From NCBI GenBank assembly GCA_022706825.1, contig JAKJBU010000002.1, positions 932-64,931 on the forward strand: a stretch of 64,000 nucleotides of DNA, in the 5' to 3' direction. Source of the DNA: Bacillota bacterium (lineage in GTDB: Bacteria > Bacillota > Clostridia > Lutisporales > Lutisporaceae). Both the position numbers and the translations under genes were made by a program. Under the pieces are notes generated by a model, which searched no databases, was not told where the DNA came from, and was given only the letters and a program-made list of their open reading frames with translations. Positions 1 through 8,758 of this stretch are shown here, in pieces (the first letter of the stretch is position 1; each line of letters opens with the position of its first letter).

Positions 1-400
1 CCATTCCTATAAATACCGAGCTTATATTTCTGCTCAGCTTTTCAAAAGGCACAAGCCTTTTTTCGTAATACAATGTCTTTATTTTAAAAAGCCCTGTAAT
101 GTGTATTCCAAACAGTACTATCAGAGTACCGCCGATTTTCCTGAAAGTATCCATGTTTCCGGCAAAAAGCCTGCCTATGGAGGTTATTGAGGCTCCCATT
201 GCTATGAATACCAGAGAAAAGCCCAGAACAAACCCCAGGGATTTATACAGGGCATAAAGTCTTGCCCTTCCGGTATTAAGATCGGCAATAGCAGACCCGG
301 TAATATAAGTTATATAGGCGGGTACCAGAGGCAGCACGCATGGGGAAAGAAAGGACAGAAGCCCTGCCGAAAAAGCCAGTATAAGTGATATGTTGCTCAA
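1..400 (-). CDS. CcdA/DsbD-family thiol-disulfide transmembrane electron transporter (N-terminal part; the gene runs off the window edge)
   Basis: My own minus-strand translation reads LSNISLILAFSAGLLSFLSPCVLPLVPAYITYITG...GFVLGFSLVFIAMGAS, which contains the SPCxLP motif of the CcdA/DsbD family. The start is TTG at 400 or the in-frame GTG at 409. It is absent from the ORF track because it is open at the window edge. Confidence 0.75.
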   Translation of the reverse strand, partial: MSNISLILAFSAGLLSFLSPCVLPLVPAYITYITGSAIADLNTGRARLYALYKSLGFVLGFSLVFIAMGASITSIGRLFAGNMDTFRKIGGTLIVLFGIHITGLFKIKTLYYEKRLVPFEKLSRNISSVFIGM

Positions 401-429
401 TTTAATCACCTGCGCTCAAATTTAATATG

Positions 430-444
430 TACCCCCCATAGGTA
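430..444. promoter_or_regulatory. CsoR/CstR-type operator-like inverted repeat, site 1 (TACCCCCCATAGGTA)
   Basis: TACC-N7-GGTA inverted repeat. It shares the 17-nt core (A/G)TACCCCCCAT(A/G)GGTATA with the site at 558-574 and lies just upstream of the ccdA-like start. Confidence 0.45.
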
Positions 445-522
445 TACATTAATATTATATCATAAATATGAAGAATTTATGAAGAGGTTATTGGTTTATT
501 GCGCAAAATAATTATAAAAATG

Positions 523-551
523 TTGACAACCGTTAAGTATAAAAATATAAT
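523..551 (+). promoter_or_regulatory. sigma-A type promoter, TTGACA-17 nt-TATAAT
   Basis: Consensus -35 TTGACA (523-528), a 17-nt spacer and consensus -10 TATAAT (546-551), about 80 nt upstream of the CoADR-rhodanese start. Confidence 0.7.
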
Positions 552-557
552 ATATAC

Positions 558-574
558 ATACCCCCCATGGGTAT
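558..574. promoter_or_regulatory. CsoR/CstR-type operator-like inverted repeat, site 2 (ATACCCCCCATGGGTAT)
   Basis: ATACCC-N5-GGGTAT palindrome placed immediately downstream of the -10 element, which is a typical repressor position. It is a second copy of the 430-444 core. Confidence 0.5.
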
Positions 575-632
575 ATAAATTGAAGTATATAATTTTTTGA
601 ATACGTACAGTGAGAAAAAAATACAAGGAGGC

Positions 633-2315
633 ATGGATATGAACAAAAAGGTGCTTATAGTAGGAGGAGTTGCAGGGGGAGCATCCGCAGCCGCAAGGCT
701 TAGGAGAATTGATGAGAAGGCAGAGATAATAATGTTTGAGAAGGGGAGCTATATTTCCTTTGCCAATTGCGGCCTTCCCTATTATATAGGAGGGGCAATA
801 AAAGAGAGGAAGAATCTTCTGGTGCAGACTGCAGAGGCTATGAAAGCCCGATTCAACATAGATGTGAGAGAGCTTTCGGAGGTAATAAAAATAGACAGGC
901 AGCGAAAGGCAGTTGAGGTCAGGAGCATAAAAGACGGAAGCATCTATGAGGAAAGCTATGATGTGCTTGTGCTTTCACCGGGCGCTTTTCCTGTCAAGCC
1001 TCCTATACCGGGCATAGACAGCCCCAATATATATACCTTGAGAGATATTCCCGATACCGATTCAATTAAAACCTTTCTTGATGAGAAAAAACCGCAGAAT
1101 GCGGTTGTGGTAGGAGGCGGTTTCATAGGCCTTGAGATGGCTGAGAATCTTCATAGTGCAGGCTTGAAGGTTGACATTGTTGAGGCTCTTGACCAGGTCA
1201 TGGCACCTCTGGATTATGAAATGGCTGCCATAGTTCATAATCATATAAGGGGCAAAGACTGCGGACTTCACCTGAAGGACGGGGTTAAGGCTTTTGAACC
1301 TGAGGGAAACAGGACAGCTGTGGTTTTGCAAAGCGGTAAGAGAATACCTGCGGATATGGTAATACTTTCTATAGGCGTAAAGCCCAATAACACGCTGGCA
1401 AGGGAGGCGGGCCTTGAAATAGGGGTTACCGGAGGGATTAAGGTAAATGAGTATCTGCAGACCTCCGACCCAAACATATACGCCCTGGGAGATGCCGTTG
1501 AGGTAACAGACTACATAAGCGGCAACCCGGCATTGATACCCCTTGCAGGGCCTGCAAACAAGCAGGGAAGAATAGTGGCAAACAATATTGCGGGACGAAG
1601 GGAAACTTATAAAGGAACACAAGGGACGGCAATTGCAAAGGTGTTTGATATGGCTGCGGCATCAACGGGAGTTAATGAGAAGGCCCTTAAGAAGCTTGGC
1701 AAAGAATCGGGTAAAGACTATATTACTACTATCACACACTCAGCTTCTCACGCAGGCTATTATCCTGGGGGGAGCGCAATGGCGATAAAGCTTGTCTATA
1801 CCCCTCAGGGCAGGGTATTGGGTGCTCAGATAGCAGGATACGACGGCGTGGATAAGAGGATAGATGATATTGCGATAGCAGTAAGGCACGGGATGACGGT
1901 ACATGACCTGCAGGAGTTTGAGCTTGCTTATGCTCCGCCCTTCTCATCCGCAAAGGATCCTGTAAACATGGCCGGTTATGTCGGAAGCAATGTTTTGAAC
2001 GGGGATGTCAAGACGGCTTACTGGTATGAGGCAATGAATGCGGATATAAGCCGGACATTTCTTTTGGATGTGCGGGAACCTTCCGAATATCAGAAGGGGC
2101 ATATCCCAAATGCGGTGAATATTCCCCTGGATCAAATAAGAAGCAGGCTTAAGGAGATACCCAGGGACAAAGAGATTATTGTCAATTGCCAGGTGGGCTT
2201 GCGTTCTTATATAGGGGCAAGGATAATGATGCAAAACGGTTTCGATAATGTAAGAAATCTGAGCGGCGGCTATAAAACATACAGCGCAGTGGAAGCGGAT
2301 ATGAAAAGCATTTGA
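633..2315 (+). CDS. CoA-disulfide/persulfide reductase with fused C-terminal rhodanese domain (CoADR-RHD, CoAPR/Npsr-like)
   Basis: FAD motif VLIVGGVAGGASAA, redox Cys motif SFANCGLPYY, second Rossmann VVVGGGFIGLE, and a C-terminal rhodanese with active-site loop NCQVGLRS. RBS AAGGAGG at 624-630; start ATG at 633 or 639. Confidence 0.85.
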   Translation: MDMNKKVLIVGGVAGGASAAARLRRIDEKAEIIMFEKGSYISFANCGLPYYIGGAIKERKNLLVQTAEAMKARFNIDVRELSEVIKIDRQRKAVEVRSIKDGSIYEESYDVLVLSPGAFPVKPPIPGIDSPNIYTLRDIPDTDSIKTFLDEKKPQNAVVVGGGFIGLEMAENLHSAGLKVDIVEALDQVMAPLDYEMAAIVHNHIRGKDCGLHLKDGVKAFEPEGNRTAVVLQSGKRIPADMVILSIGVKPNNTLAREAGLEIGVTGGIKVNEYLQTSDPNIYALGDAVEVTDYISGNPALIPLAGPANKQGRIVANNIAGRRETYKGTQGTAIAKVFDMAAASTGVNEKALKKLGKESGKDYITTITHSASHAGYYPGGSAMAIKLVYTPQGRVLGAQIAGYDGVDKRIDDIAIAVRHGMTVHDLQEFELAYAPPFSSAKDPVNMAGYVGSNVLNGDVKTAYWYEAMNADISRTFLLDVREPSEYQKGHIPNAVNIPLDQIRSRLKEIPRDKEIIVNCQVGLRSYIGARIMMQNGFDNVRNLSGGYKTYSAVEADMKSI

Positions 2316-2424
2316 CTATATTTGTTTTTATAGTAAAATTAATTTAATACAATAATTTTTGGCAATTTATAATGTTCTTCATGATATACGGATGGATATG
2401 CTGTACGAAATGGAGAGAATACCT

Positions 2425-3024
2425 ATGGGCAAAGACATTAATTTTAAAGACAATATTGTAAGAAGAAATAAAATTCCGACACTCATCTACGTACCGGAGT
2501 GGATACAGCTATTTTCCGGAAACAAGTCCAGAAGCATGCAAAAAATTATAGCCAGATTGGAAGCGCTTATTGCCAGGAATAAGGAATGTGATTCCGAGTT
2601 ATATAATCTGGAAAAAAGAAAAAAAATGGTTATGAATAAAATACTATATCTTTCAAAGGATATAAATGAAAATAACGACAAGACCGCCTTATCCAAAATG
2701 GAGGAAGCGGAGAAAGAAATAAAAGAAATTAACAGGAAGATTCCGGTACTTTTAGAAGAACTGGAATCTATTCCTAAACAAATAAATGATATGAATACGC
2801 AGCTTCTGAAGGAAACTATCAAGAGGGCCTACGAGCTTATAAATGAGAGCCGTTCGGAGTCGGAGAAGTGCCAGGAGCAGGTGAACGATCTCAGACAGAA
2901 GCTGGCGGAATTGATACAGAAAAAGGCGGATATGGAGGAAAGGGTAAACAAGCTGTATTTATTTATTCATGGAATGATTGGAGCGGACGAGATGGAAAGC
3001 CTGGATGAAAGCTTTTTGCCATAG
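2425..3024 (+). CDS. Hypothetical coiled-coil protein
   Basis: ORF rich in Glu/Lys/Leu heptad-like sequence. ATG 2425 is preceded by GGAGAG; the track start at 2359 is an upstream TTG. I recognise no family. Confidence 0.5.
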   Translation: MGKDINFKDNIVRRNKIPTLIYVPEWIQLFSGNKSRSMQKIIARLEALIARNKECDSELYNLEKRKKMVMNKILYLSKDINENNDKTALSKMEEAEKEIKEINRKIPVLLEELESIPKQINDMNTQLLKETIKRAYELINESRSESEKCQEQVNDLRQKLAELIQKKADMEERVNKLYLFIHGMIGADEMESLDESFLP

Positions 3025-3034
3025 GAGCATATAG

Positions 3035-3076
3035 GGTTGATTCTGCTGCAGCGGCGGAATTGACCTTTGTTTTTTT
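3035..3076 (+). terminator. Rho-independent terminator
   Basis: Imperfect GC-containing hairpin (GGTTGATTCTGC...GCGGAATTGACC) followed by TTTGTTTTTTT. Confidence 0.6.
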
Positions 3077-3173
3077 ATTATTATATACGGTTAATGAGAG
3101 GATATAGGATTTTATTGTAGAATATATACAATTAAAGTGCATTATGAATGTGCTGAAATACGGGAGTGATATA

Positions 3174-3620
3174 ATGATATTCGGTATTGGGACTGATATT
3201 GTTGAAATAAAAAGAATTAAGAAGGCAATATCCAGAAGCCCGAGATTTATTGAAAGATTGTTTACCGCACAGGAGCTGGAATTTTACAAGAAAAAAGATA
3301 TGAAAGCACAGCATATTGCGGGAGGTTTTTCTGCAAAGGAAGCTGTGCTTAAGGCGCTGGGAACGGGATTAAGAGGTTTTAGGTGGAAGGATATCGAAAT
3401 CCTGAGAGGCCCGGTCGGAAAGCCCATAGTCCGTTTTGAGGGCAATGTCAAACAGTTTATAGAGGATAACGGAATCGGGATAATACATGTAACCATATCC
3501 CATTCCAGGGAATTTGCTACAGCTACCGCAGTGGCGGAAGTTTCCATGGAAAGGGAAGGCATGGTTATTGAGGATTTATTTTTTCAAAGCCATGAAGAGG
3601 CAAGAAAGAATATTCATTAA
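3174..3620 (+). CDS. acpS: Holo-[acyl-carrier-protein] synthase (4'-phosphopantetheinyl transferase)
   Basis: N-terminus MIFGIGTDIVEIKRI, then ...FSAKEAVLKALGTG...HVTISHSREFATA, typical of AcpS. Bacillus-like synteny acpS-ydcC-alr-mazEF. Confidence 0.85.
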   Translation: MIFGIGTDIVEIKRIKKAISRSPRFIERLFTAQELEFYKKKDMKAQHIAGGFSAKEAVLKALGTGLRGFRWKDIEILRGPVGKPIVRFEGNVKQFIEDNGIGIIHVTISHSREFATATAVAEVSMEREGMVIEDLFFQSHEEARKNIH

Positions 3621-3683
3621 TAAAAAAATTTCACATACAATAATGTATAAATAATACGATATGGAGTAACAGGAGGGTATATT

Positions 3684-4430
3684 GTGTATCGTAGGATTAT
3701 TTGCGTGCTCATTATTGTATGTGCAGGTTTAACCGGCTGCGGAATGATAAAGCAGAAAAAGAACTTCGGGGAAGCCGGCAGGAGGCTCTTGAAGCTGGAG
3801 GCCTATACCTGCGATGTTGTTATGAAGGTCACAAACAACAGAAGTACAATGGAATACAGGCTGAAGCATTCCTATAAAAGTCCGGACAAGTACAGGGTAG
3901 AAGTTTTGGCACCGAGGGAGCTTCAAGGACAAGTGACTATATATAACGGACACAGCTCTTATATATATCATCCCGGAATAAATCAGTATTTTGTAACTGA
4001 AGATTTCTCAGGGTCAGTGGAATATAACAGCTTCATAGGTTCATTTATGGAGCATATCAGAAAAACCGATGAAATAAAAATCAGCTATGAGAAATACGGG
4101 GATAAGGAGTGTATTGTTGCAGAATTTGAGATTCCCGAGCCGAACAGATACATGCAATTTGAGAAGCTTTGGATAGACAGGTCGGAAATTGTGCCCCTGA
4201 GAGCGGAAATATACGGAAATGACGGCGAAACATACGTAGAGATATTTTATGATAATTTTGTCTATAATCCCAGATTGGAAGACAGGGATTTTGAAATTAT
4301 ACGAAAAAATTCTATGAGATTACAGGAGATGAACAAAAATGTACAATCTGAAGGAAATCAGGGCCGCATGGGCGGAAGTGGATCTGGATGCTCTTGCCCA
4401 CAATATGAGGGAAATAAGGAGGCTTGCTGA
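3684..4430 (+). CDS. YdcC-like (LolA-fold) sporulation lipoprotein
   Basis: RBS AGGAGG plus GTG start. Lipoprotein signal with lipobox LTGC (MYRRIICVLIIVCAGLTGCG). It occupies the position between acpS and alr that ydcC holds in Bacillus. The 3' end overlaps alr by 92 nt. Confidence 0.6.
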   Translation: MYRRIICVLIIVCAGLTGCGMIKQKKNFGEAGRRLLKLEAYTCDVVMKVTNNRSTMEYRLKHSYKSPDKYRVEVLAPRELQGQVTIYNGHSSYIYHPGINQYFVTEDFSGSVEYNSFIGSFMEHIRKTDEIKISYEKYGDKECIVAEFEIPEPNRYMQFEKLWIDRSEIVPLRAEIYGNDGETYVEIFYDNFVYNPRLEDRDFEIIRKNSMRLQEMNKNVQSEGNQGRMGGSGSGCSCPQYEGNKEAC

Positions 4431-5514
4431 GAAAGATGCGCTTGTAACCACAGTAATTAAAGCTGACGGATACGGACATGGAGCAAAAAAAATAGCACAA
4501 ACCCTTTTGGACAATGGGGCAGACAGATTTGCAATTGCAGTATTGGATGAGGGTATTGAACTGAGGAATGCAGGCTTTGGAGTGCCTATTCTAATCCTCG
4601 GCTTTACTGACAAGGAAAGGGCGGAGGAAATAGTAAGCTTTAATTTAGAGCAGGCTGTGTATTCCTGGGAACTGGCGGAAGCAATATCAAAGGCGGCCGT
4701 GAAGCAGAATAAAACAGCAAAAATCCATATAAAAGTTGATACCGGAATGGGAAGGATAGGCTTAAAGACTGACAGGGACTCCGTACAGCTTATAAAGAAG
4801 ATTAGTCAGCTGCCTAATATTGTTATTGAAGGTATATTTACACATTTTGCGGTGGCTGATGCCTTGGATAAAGCATATACTGAAGAACAATATGCGAAAT
4901 TCACGTGGATATGCGGGGAGCTTGAAAGGGAGAATGTCAGAATAAATGTAAAACACTGCGGAAACAGTGCTGCAATAATTGACCTGCCTGAAATGCATTT
5001 GAATATGGTCAGGGCGGGAATAATTCTCTATGGCCTGAAGCCTTCAGATGAGGTAATGCTTGATAAAATTGAGCTTAAACAGGTTATGTCATTGAAGGTC
5101 AGAATATCACATGTAAAGGAGATAGAAGCCGGACAGAGCGTAAGCTACGGAAGAAAGTTCATTGCAGAAAAAAAGAGCAAAATCGCGTCGCTGCCTATCG
5201 GCTATGCCGATGGCTATACAAGAATGCTGTCAGGTAAAGCTGAAGCACTGGTAAAGGGCCGAAGAGTACCTGTGGTTGGAAGAATATGCATGGACCAATG
5301 CATGGTTGATGTAACAGGTATCGAGGATGTAAAAGTCGGTGATGAGGCGGTGCTTTTCGGAAAACAGGGAGAAGGCTTTATTCATATTGATGAGCTTGCG
5401 GAAAAACTTGACACCATAAATTATGAAATTGTATGCATGATAAGCAGGAGAGTTCCGAGAGTATATGTCAAGGACGGAAAGATAGTCGATGTGTTGAATT
5501 ATTTAACAGACTAG
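4339..5514 (+). CDS. alr: Alanine racemase
   Basis: WAEVDLDAL N-terminus, PLP-lysine motif VIKADGYGHG, and C-terminal GRICMDQCMVD. Confidence 0.92.
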   Translation: MYNLKEIRAAWAEVDLDALAHNMREIRRLAEKDALVTTVIKADGYGHGAKKIAQTLLDNGADRFAIAVLDEGIELRNAGFGVPILILGFTDKERAEEIVSFNLEQAVYSWELAEAISKAAVKQNKTAKIHIKVDTGMGRIGLKTDRDSVQLIKKISQLPNIVIEGIFTHFAVADALDKAYTEEQYAKFTWICGELERENVRINVKHCGNSAAIIDLPEMHLNMVRAGIILYGLKPSDEVMLDKIELKQVMSLKVRISHVKEIEAGQSVSYGRKFIAEKKSKIASLPIGYADGYTRMLSGKAEALVKGRRVPVVGRICMDQCMVDVTGIEDVKVGDEAVLFGKQGEGFIHIDELAEKLDTINYEIVCMISRRVPRVYVKDGKIVDVLNYLTD

Positions 5515-5707
5515 CTGATGCCATATATTGTACATAGGCATAGTGCAGGAATTGGTATATAATATTGTATATGCGGTTAGTATAATCATATATGGCACAA
5601 TGTGCATTTCCGACACATAATTTTACACTCCTTGCTCATACATATTATTGACGATGCAGAATGTTGTATACTCTGTGTGGTCTTCAAAAAACTTAGGAGG
5701 TGCTAGT

Positions 5708-5983
5708 GTGGCTGATTTAAAAAAGATTGCCGTTTGCATGCCGGACACGCTTTTAAAGGAAATTGATGATATGGTATGTCATAAATGTATTAATAGAAGT
5801 GAATTCATCAGGGACGCCATGCGTTTTTATATAAGTGAGATAAAGAGGTCTAATGCGGTAGAAAAGTTAAGGAACGGATATCTGGAGATGTCAGAAATAA
5901 ATATAACACTAGCAGAAATAGGACTTACGGCAGACTATGAAACAATAATAAGATATGAAACAAGGCTTGCGGAGTGTGAATAA
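5708..5983 (+). CDS. Ribbon-helix-helix (CopG-like) antitoxin, MazE/NdoAI-like
   Basis: GTG 5708 follows RBS AGGAGG. Product [20 protein letters not shown]...[12 protein letters not shown] is RHH-like and sits directly upstream of mazF, as in Bacillus ndoAI-ndoA. Confidence 0.75.
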   Translation: MADLKKIAVCMPDTLLKEIDDMVCHKCINRSEFIRDAMRFYISEIKRSNAVEKLRNGYLEMSEINITLAEIGLTADYETIIRYETRLAECE

Positions 5984-5984
5984 T

Positions 5985-6338
5985 GTGGTTTTAAGAAGAG
6001 GGGACATTTTCTATGGAGATTTAAGCCCGGTGATAGGATCGGAACAGGGCGGTGTAAGACCCGTATTGATAATACAGAATGATATAGGAAACAAATATAG
6101 TCCCACTGTTATTGTTGCTGCAATAACTTCACAGATTAATAAAGCAAAGCTGCCTACCCATGTTGAGCTGGAAGCTTTGAAATACGGCATAACAAAGGAC
6201 TCGGTCATATTATTGGAACAAATACGAACGATAGACAAGAGAAGGCTGAAGGAAAAAATCGGCCATTTGTCGGAGGAGCTTATGAAACAGGTGGATACAG
6301 CAATTCAGATAAGCTTCGGATTAATTGAATATACATAG
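5985..6338 (+). CDS. mazF: MazF/PemK-family endoribonuclease toxin (NdoA/EndoA-like)
   Basis: [48 protein letters not shown] is near-canonical for the MazF/EndoA N-terminus. GTG 5985 lies 2 nt after the antitoxin stop. Confidence 0.9.
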   Translation: MVLRRGDIFYGDLSPVIGSEQGGVRPVLIIQNDIGNKYSPTVIVAAITSQINKAKLPTHVELEALKYGITKDSVILLEQIRTIDKRRLKEKIGHLSEELMKQVDTAIQISFGLIEYT

Positions 6339-6347
6339 TGATTCATA

Positions 6348-6381
6348 AAGACCGTGGTGCATTAAAATGCATCACGGTCTT
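6348..6381 (+). terminator. Terminator-like hairpin after mazF
   Basis: 15-bp stem AAGACCGTGGTGCAT / ATGCATCACGGTCTT (one G-U pair) with a 4-nt loop. The T-tract is weak (TAGTTTG). Confidence 0.55.
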
Positions 6382-6382
6382 A

Positions 6383-6437
6383 GTTTGCAGACAAACACGG
6401 TTTCAGCCAGAAACGGAAATCGTGTTTGTCTGCAAAC
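6383..6437. other. Perfect 17-bp-stem hairpin (GTTTGCAGACAAACACG ... CGTGTTTGTCTGCAAAC)
   Basis: Seen directly. The 21-nt loop contains a second small stem, GTTTC/GAAAC. Function unknown. Confidence 0.5.
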
Positions 6438-6965
6438 TGAGGGTGAAGCATGAAAAATAATATAAAAGATACTGCCGTAACTGCCATGGAAGCCCTGATA
6501 AATACAAATATATGCCGATCCCTTAGTAAAAACACCGACATTGCGCCAATAAAGAAAGCTATATTGCATGTCGAGAATTAGAACAGCAAGGGGCACCAAC
6601 ATAAGGGGAAGGCTTTTCAACCTGATACGGTTAAAGTGAAGGCTTTCATAGGCATTCCATAACTTATGCAGCGATGCTAAAAGAGTTTGTACCAATTCAT
6701 TCAATAATATACCTACATAAAGACATATAAGTTTTCTGAGAAATGTCTGGATATGTTCAGCAAAGAGAAAGTGGATATAACTATTAAATTATGCCATAAC
6801 TTTACATTGTATTCAACAAGAATATATACCAGGCAATAGATAAAAAGCGTCCGGGTTTGTGTTGATTCATAACCATTACCAAATACAGTGCATAAATCAG
6901 ATAATAAGCTGCAGGAGATAATGAAGCAGCTGGCACTATATTTTCTTTCTATTGAATAACTCAAG

Positions 6966-6974
6966 TGGTATAAT
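6966..6974 (+). promoter_or_regulatory. Extended -10 element (TGGTATAAT) upstream of the sigma-54 activator gene
   Basis: TGnTATAAT match about 70 nt upstream of ATG 7045. There is no good -35. Confidence 0.4.
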
Positions 6975-7044
6975 AAATTTAGCACGAATTTACTGACTGT
7001 CTTATATTAGAGGGCATATACATTATCCGAGAGAAGGGAAACGC

Positions 7045-8409
7045 ATGCTAAGACTTTATATAGAGAAGATACTGAAGATTTATAATCTGATAGATGACGT
7101 ATGTATAGTGGATAAAAACGGAATCATTCAGCATGCAGAATCTTTCGTTGCCGGCGCTTATAGTTATGATCCGAAAGAACTGGTTGGCAAGCATCTATTT
7201 GAGGTATATACAACCTCCAATGAAAATACAAGCAATCTATATGAAGTTTTAAAAACAGGCAAGCCGATATTTAATAGAATTGCTGAATGGAAAACCTATA
7301 CGGGAGATACAAGGTGCGGTTCCGTTGATACTCTGCCGATAATGAAAGGCCATGAAATAGTCGGTGCAATTGAAATTGCGAGATTTATCGGAGATGAACT
7401 GGAAAAACAGAAGATAGTCCTTGATGTTCTGGATAATAAAATAAAGTCTAAAGCAACAAGGTATTATACGTTGGATGACATCATAACACAAGATATACAA
7501 ATGATTGACATAAAAAATAAAACCAGGAGAATAGCACGGAATAATTCAACTGTTATGATATATGGAAAGACCGGGACTGGCAAGGAACTGGTCGCCCAAG
7601 CAATACACAGCTGTGGAAATAAAGAGGAAGCCCCTTTTATTTCTCAAAATTGTGCTGCCATACCTGCATCATTATTGGAAGCAATGCTATTTGGAACGGA
7701 AAAAGGGAGCTATACAGGTGCGGAGAAAAGAAAAGGGCTGTTCGAACTTGCAGAGGGCGGGACGCTTTTTCTGGATGAAATAAACTCTATGGAAATAGGC
7801 GTACAGGCCAAAATACTTAAGGCGGTAGAAGAGAAAATGATAATGAGGATCGGCGGGCAGCAGCCAATCAGGATTAATACCAGAATAATAACCGGATTAA
7901 ATGAGGATCCCATTACTGCTGTAAGAGAAAAAAGGCTGCGCGAGGATCTGTTTTATCGATTAAGTACTGTTCAGATTAATCTGCCGGACCTAGTTGACAG
8001 AAAAGGTGATATCAAAGTCCTGGTTGACAGTTTTATAAAAGAATACAATGAATCTATGGGTATGAACATTAAAGGAATAAGCAAGGAAGTTGAAAAAGTA
8101 TTCATGAATTATAAATGGCCGGGAAATGTCAGAGAGCTCAGAAATGTGATAGAAGGCGCATTTAATGTTGCAACAGGAAGCCAAATTGAGATGTGTGACT
8201 TGCCAGGGTATATGGTAATATCCGGCAAATCATTTAATACGAATGGGAAGCCGGAGATAAAAGTACTTAAGGATATGATGGAGGATTATGAAAAATCACT
8301 GGTTGTGGAGGCAATGAGAATTACCGACAATAAAATGAAAGCGGCAGAATTGCTGGGCATGTCAAAACAATCACTAAATTACAGATTGGATAAGTATAAA
8401 AACAGGTGA
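7045..8409 (+). CDS. Sigma-54-dependent transcriptional activator (PAS sensor - AAA+ - Fis-type HTH)
   Basis: Walker A GKTGTGKE, a GAFTGA-loop variant GSYTGA, LFLDEI Walker B, WPGNVRELRNVIE, and a C-terminal HTH (AAELLGMSKQSLNYRL). Confidence 0.88.
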   Translation: MLRLYIEKILKIYNLIDDVCIVDKNGIIQHAESFVAGAYSYDPKELVGKHLFEVYTTSNENTSNLYEVLKTGKPIFNRIAEWKTYTGDTRCGSVDTLPIMKGHEIVGAIEIARFIGDELEKQKIVLDVLDNKIKSKATRYYTLDDIITQDIQMIDIKNKTRRIARNNSTVMIYGKTGTGKELVAQAIHSCGNKEEAPFISQNCAAIPASLLEAMLFGTEKGSYTGAEKRKGLFELAEGGTLFLDEINSMEIGVQAKILKAVEEKMIMRIGGQQPIRINTRIITGLNEDPITAVREKRLREDLFYRLSTVQINLPDLVDRKGDIKVLVDSFIKEYNESMGMNIKGISKEVEKVFMNYKWPGNVRELRNVIEGAFNVATGSQIEMCDLPGYMVISGKSFNTNGKPEIKVLKDMMEDYEKSLVVEAMRITDNKMKAAELLGMSKQSLNYRLDKYKNR

Positions 8410-8451
8410 TATAAGAGATTGAGGGGATTTATAAGGATATTCTATATAATA

Positions 8452-8491
8452 GTAAAAATTCTTTTTACGTACCAGTAAAAAGTTTTTTTAC
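8452..8491. promoter_or_regulatory. Two 17-bp palindromes GTAAAAA-N3-TTTTTAC (putative enhancer/UAS for the adjacent sigma-54 activator)
   Basis: Sites at 8452-8468 and 8475-8491, with centres 23 bp apart, roughly 170 bp upstream of the -24/-12 promoter. Confidence 0.55.
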
Positions 8492-8644
8492 TTTTTTGCT
8501 GCAAACAGAGAAGTACGATAAATGACAAAATATCATTATTCTTCGGTGAACTTTGGAAATAGTTCCCTTAGCATGTGTGCTGCTTTGACATAAGTTTGTT
8601 TGGCAGGTATTCTCAAAACAGAAATTATTGAGTATTAAATGAAA

Positions 8645-8660
8645 TGGCACAGTATTTGCA
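8645..8660 (+). promoter_or_regulatory. Sigma-54 (-24/-12) promoter TGGCAC-N5-TTGCA
   Basis: Exact match TGGCACAGTATTTGCA with correct GG/GC spacing, about 100 nt upstream of ATG 8759 and next to a sigma-54 activator gene. Confidence 0.8.
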
Positions 8661-8758
8661 TTATTTTGCAGTTGTTAAAATGTTCAGACATACGTGTTTA
8701 ATATACATCAAGGTTGTATAATGGATCATTTTGGCAAGAAAATTATAGGAGGAATAAA

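Noticed and set aside
5594-5609. TGGCACAATGTGCATT upstream of mazE as a second sigma-54 promoter
   Set aside because: The GG-to-GC spacing is 2 nt too short relative to TGGCAC-N5-TTGCA, and there is no activator context.
6372-6985. ORFs 6372-6704(-) and 6713-6985(-)
   Set aside because: No RBS and an implausible composition. The first starts inside the AT-rich gap and runs into the hairpins. I treat them as non-coding; see the finding on the 6348-7040 gap.
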